Part shown: positions 62,801-64,000 of the stretch, piece after piece
Position numbering within the stretch: position 1 is the stretch's first letter
Layout of the letters: every line of letters starts with the position of its first letter
Source: Raillietiella orientalis
Lineage: Eukaryota
Direction: 5' to 3'
DNA length: 64,000 bases
NCBI GenBank assembly: GCA_036172245.1
Contig: JAYWIR010000001.1
Location: 372,001-436,000, forward strand
The notes under the pieces: model-generated
The model's database searches: none
What the model saw: the letters and a program-made list of their open reading frames with translations, nothing else
Told to the model about the DNA's origin: nothing
Translations under genes and position numbers: made by a program

Positions 62801-63900
62801 TAAAGCCATCTTCCAGAACGACCTCAGTTGTACCTTGAGAAGAGGACATCTTTCCCAAGTTGTCCGATGCAGCTTGTGAAAGCTTCGCAAGTGGCAGTGG
62901 GCAGTGTGCCGTAGTCCGAAAAGCAGCTGGACTTGTTTGCTGAAGCCTCTTCCGAGGAGGGAAAAAAAGATGCAAAGATCACTCCGAGAAATCAAACGCG
63001 CTAACATATGAGGGAGTCCTTCCTTCCGTTCATCTGCAACGTCAGCTGTAGATGAATGTTCACAAATAAAATATTTGTTGACGTGTTTCTCATGCTATTC
63101 GATCTGATCTTCACATGTCAATTACCGGACGAATGCAACTCCGTCTTATTCCATTTCCAATGGCATTCCTCTTTCTTAACAGCTCCAGTGGTACCTCGGT
63201 ACTCGTCGGACATTCGTTCCGAAACTCGTGACGAGTGCCGATACCAACGAGTACCGAACGAGTTCCTTCCTAGGCAGTTTCGTGGTATCATTCTGAACCA
63301 TTTTAGGACCCATGATTGACGCTTAAAATGCACAGAAAGCACAAAAGGGGGGGGGGAGGGACGATTCGGGAGGCACTATGGAAGTGTTGGACACGGTTTA
63401 CGAGCCACCATGAGAAGAAAGCGGTTCACTTGTTTCATCATGAGTGGGATGTCGAGTTCCGAGTCATGAGCCGAGTGTCGAAACATTTTTTCACTGTCAA
63501 AATGCGACGAGTACTGATGGTTTGACGAGTTCCGACACCGACGAGTACCGAGGTATCACTGTATAAACTATTTGGAAAAGCTCAGTCTCTTCTTGACTTG
63601 TGGAAGTTTCCTGATCACGTGATCCAATAAATTATTATTATTTTTTTTTTTACAAGTAGTGCAACGAACGAAAGATCATTCATTAGCGTAAGATGAAGTC
63701 AAAACCGGAAATAAAAAAATAGAATTTCACCACATTTCGAGCTGCCATACCTTCCTGATTTTCTTTGTTTTCTCGTTGCTGAACCTCACATACTCTTTGA
63801 AACCGGTCTTCAAAGTCTCCTTTCTCTCGTCGATGCTCCGACTCTTCGGTTCTTGCGACTGCCCTCCCCCGGAGTCATAAAGGGTTTCTCCTTTCTGCAT
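44879..63900 (-). CDS. DNAI1: Dynein axonemal intermediate chain 1 (outer-arm IC, WD40). Predicted exons: 63900-63790, 60647-60537, 56058-55821, 52118-51901, 51849-51396, 46896-46649, 46596-46419, 46372-46144, 45824-45591, 45041-44879
   Basis: Phase-compatible GT-AG joins give ...QERLTEE|KLKEEITRILTCKNPNAPENIV...KLPNKFNFYERASQTLNNPNR|DKSIQTEPP...ANQWQIYDAY...LERMVNQN..DQIAQDFRYWEDASDEF...GTLLPLW...GYGSY...SLKNPSY...GTEEGIIYKCS...SCSEDWTVKIWD...WAPYSSTVFAA...PIIIVGDDR|GHIVSYKLSPNLRK, collinear with human DNAI1. The first two exons rest mainly on phase and weaker similarity. Confidence 0.93.
47600..47895. repeat. AT-rich (TA)n-like low-complexity stretch in a DNAI1 intron
   Basis: Degenerate TATATA runs; direct repeat TAAATTTAGTTCTTAAGTAG at ~47694 and ~47812. 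Confidence 0.7.
53928..54680 (-). mobile_element. Long (~750 bp) tRNA-derived SINE, copy 1
   Basis: Collinear homology with 61520-62275; degenerate B box (GGGTTTGGATCCC on -, 54628-54640); internal GC-rich short repeats. Confidence 0.7.
58400..58700 (-). pseudogene. Possible decayed LINE AP-endonuclease remnant
   Basis: SRRGGGIG and ITVCRDFNA (cf. R.GGGV and I.CGDFNA) in different frames. Confidence 0.3.
59140..59430 (+). pseudogene. Possible decayed Ty3/gypsy integrase remnant
   Basis: VSVMGRELLSKPW, NPCTNG and WPPLFYMLLVGIRS loosely echo SD.G.QF.S..W, HP..NG and W...LP.VLLGIRT. Confidence 0.3.
61520..62275 (-). mobile_element. Long tRNA-derived SINE, copy 2 (best-preserved head)
   Basis: Minus-strand head CGTAGCCACGTGGTA (A box-like)...GCGGGTTCGAATCCCGCCCGGG (B box and T arm, 62188-62200); body homologous to 53928-54680. 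Confidence 0.75.
63186..63561. mobile_element. Tigger/pogo-like MITE (376 bp)
   Basis: TIRs CAGTGGTACCTCGGTACTCGTCGG and CCGACGAGTACCGAGGTATCACTG (one mismatch); CAGT termini; TA after the right end; subterminal ACGAGT repeats. Confidence 0.85.
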
Positions 63901-64000
63901 TCTCCTAAGCGTGGGACCAGAAATTCTGTTAACAGAAACTTCGGATCTCCGCGGGAAAAGAGAAATTCCGCGCAAAATTCATTCGGGAGGAAATTCCCAG

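Noticed and set aside
1-64000. CRISPR arrays, rRNA, telomeric (TTAGG/TTAGGG)n arrays, prokaryotic operons
   Set aside because: None seen; the sequence is eukaryotic with spliceosomal introns and no regular repeat-spacer structure.

Overview
Eukaryotic, most likely invertebrate animal, genomic DNA with spliceosomal introns, falling into three parts. (1) About 1-32 kb is a dense, nested, mixed-orientation block of decayed non-LTR retrotransposon pieces. Most belong to one L1/Tx1-like family (gag-like ORF1 with CCHC knuckles, RT, C-terminal CCHC zinc finger, shared 3' UTR). They are mixed with a NeSL/R2-type RT fragment, repeated modules of unknown coding origin, and long strand-asymmetric purine/pyrimidine tracts. 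The two longest copies run from ORF1 into RT with no AP-endonuclease (APE) domain, while a separate APE fragment carries the same family 3' UTR. None of the four 3' ends that retain AATAAA has a poly(A) tail; all continue into a shared motif. One repeat copy carries a ~115-bp insert resembling a bacterial IS256 transposase. (2) About 36-42 kb is an AT-rich, CpG-poor, multi-exon TP53BP1 (53BP1) ortholog on + (tandem Tudor plus tandem BRCT). (3) About 44.9-63.9 kb is an apparently complete 10-exon axonemal dynein intermediate chain gene (DNAI1) on -, with large introns containing tRNA-derived SINEs, a Tigger/pogo-like MITE and other remnants. All calls come from manual reading and motif recognition; no searches were run and the boundaries of decayed repeats are approximate.
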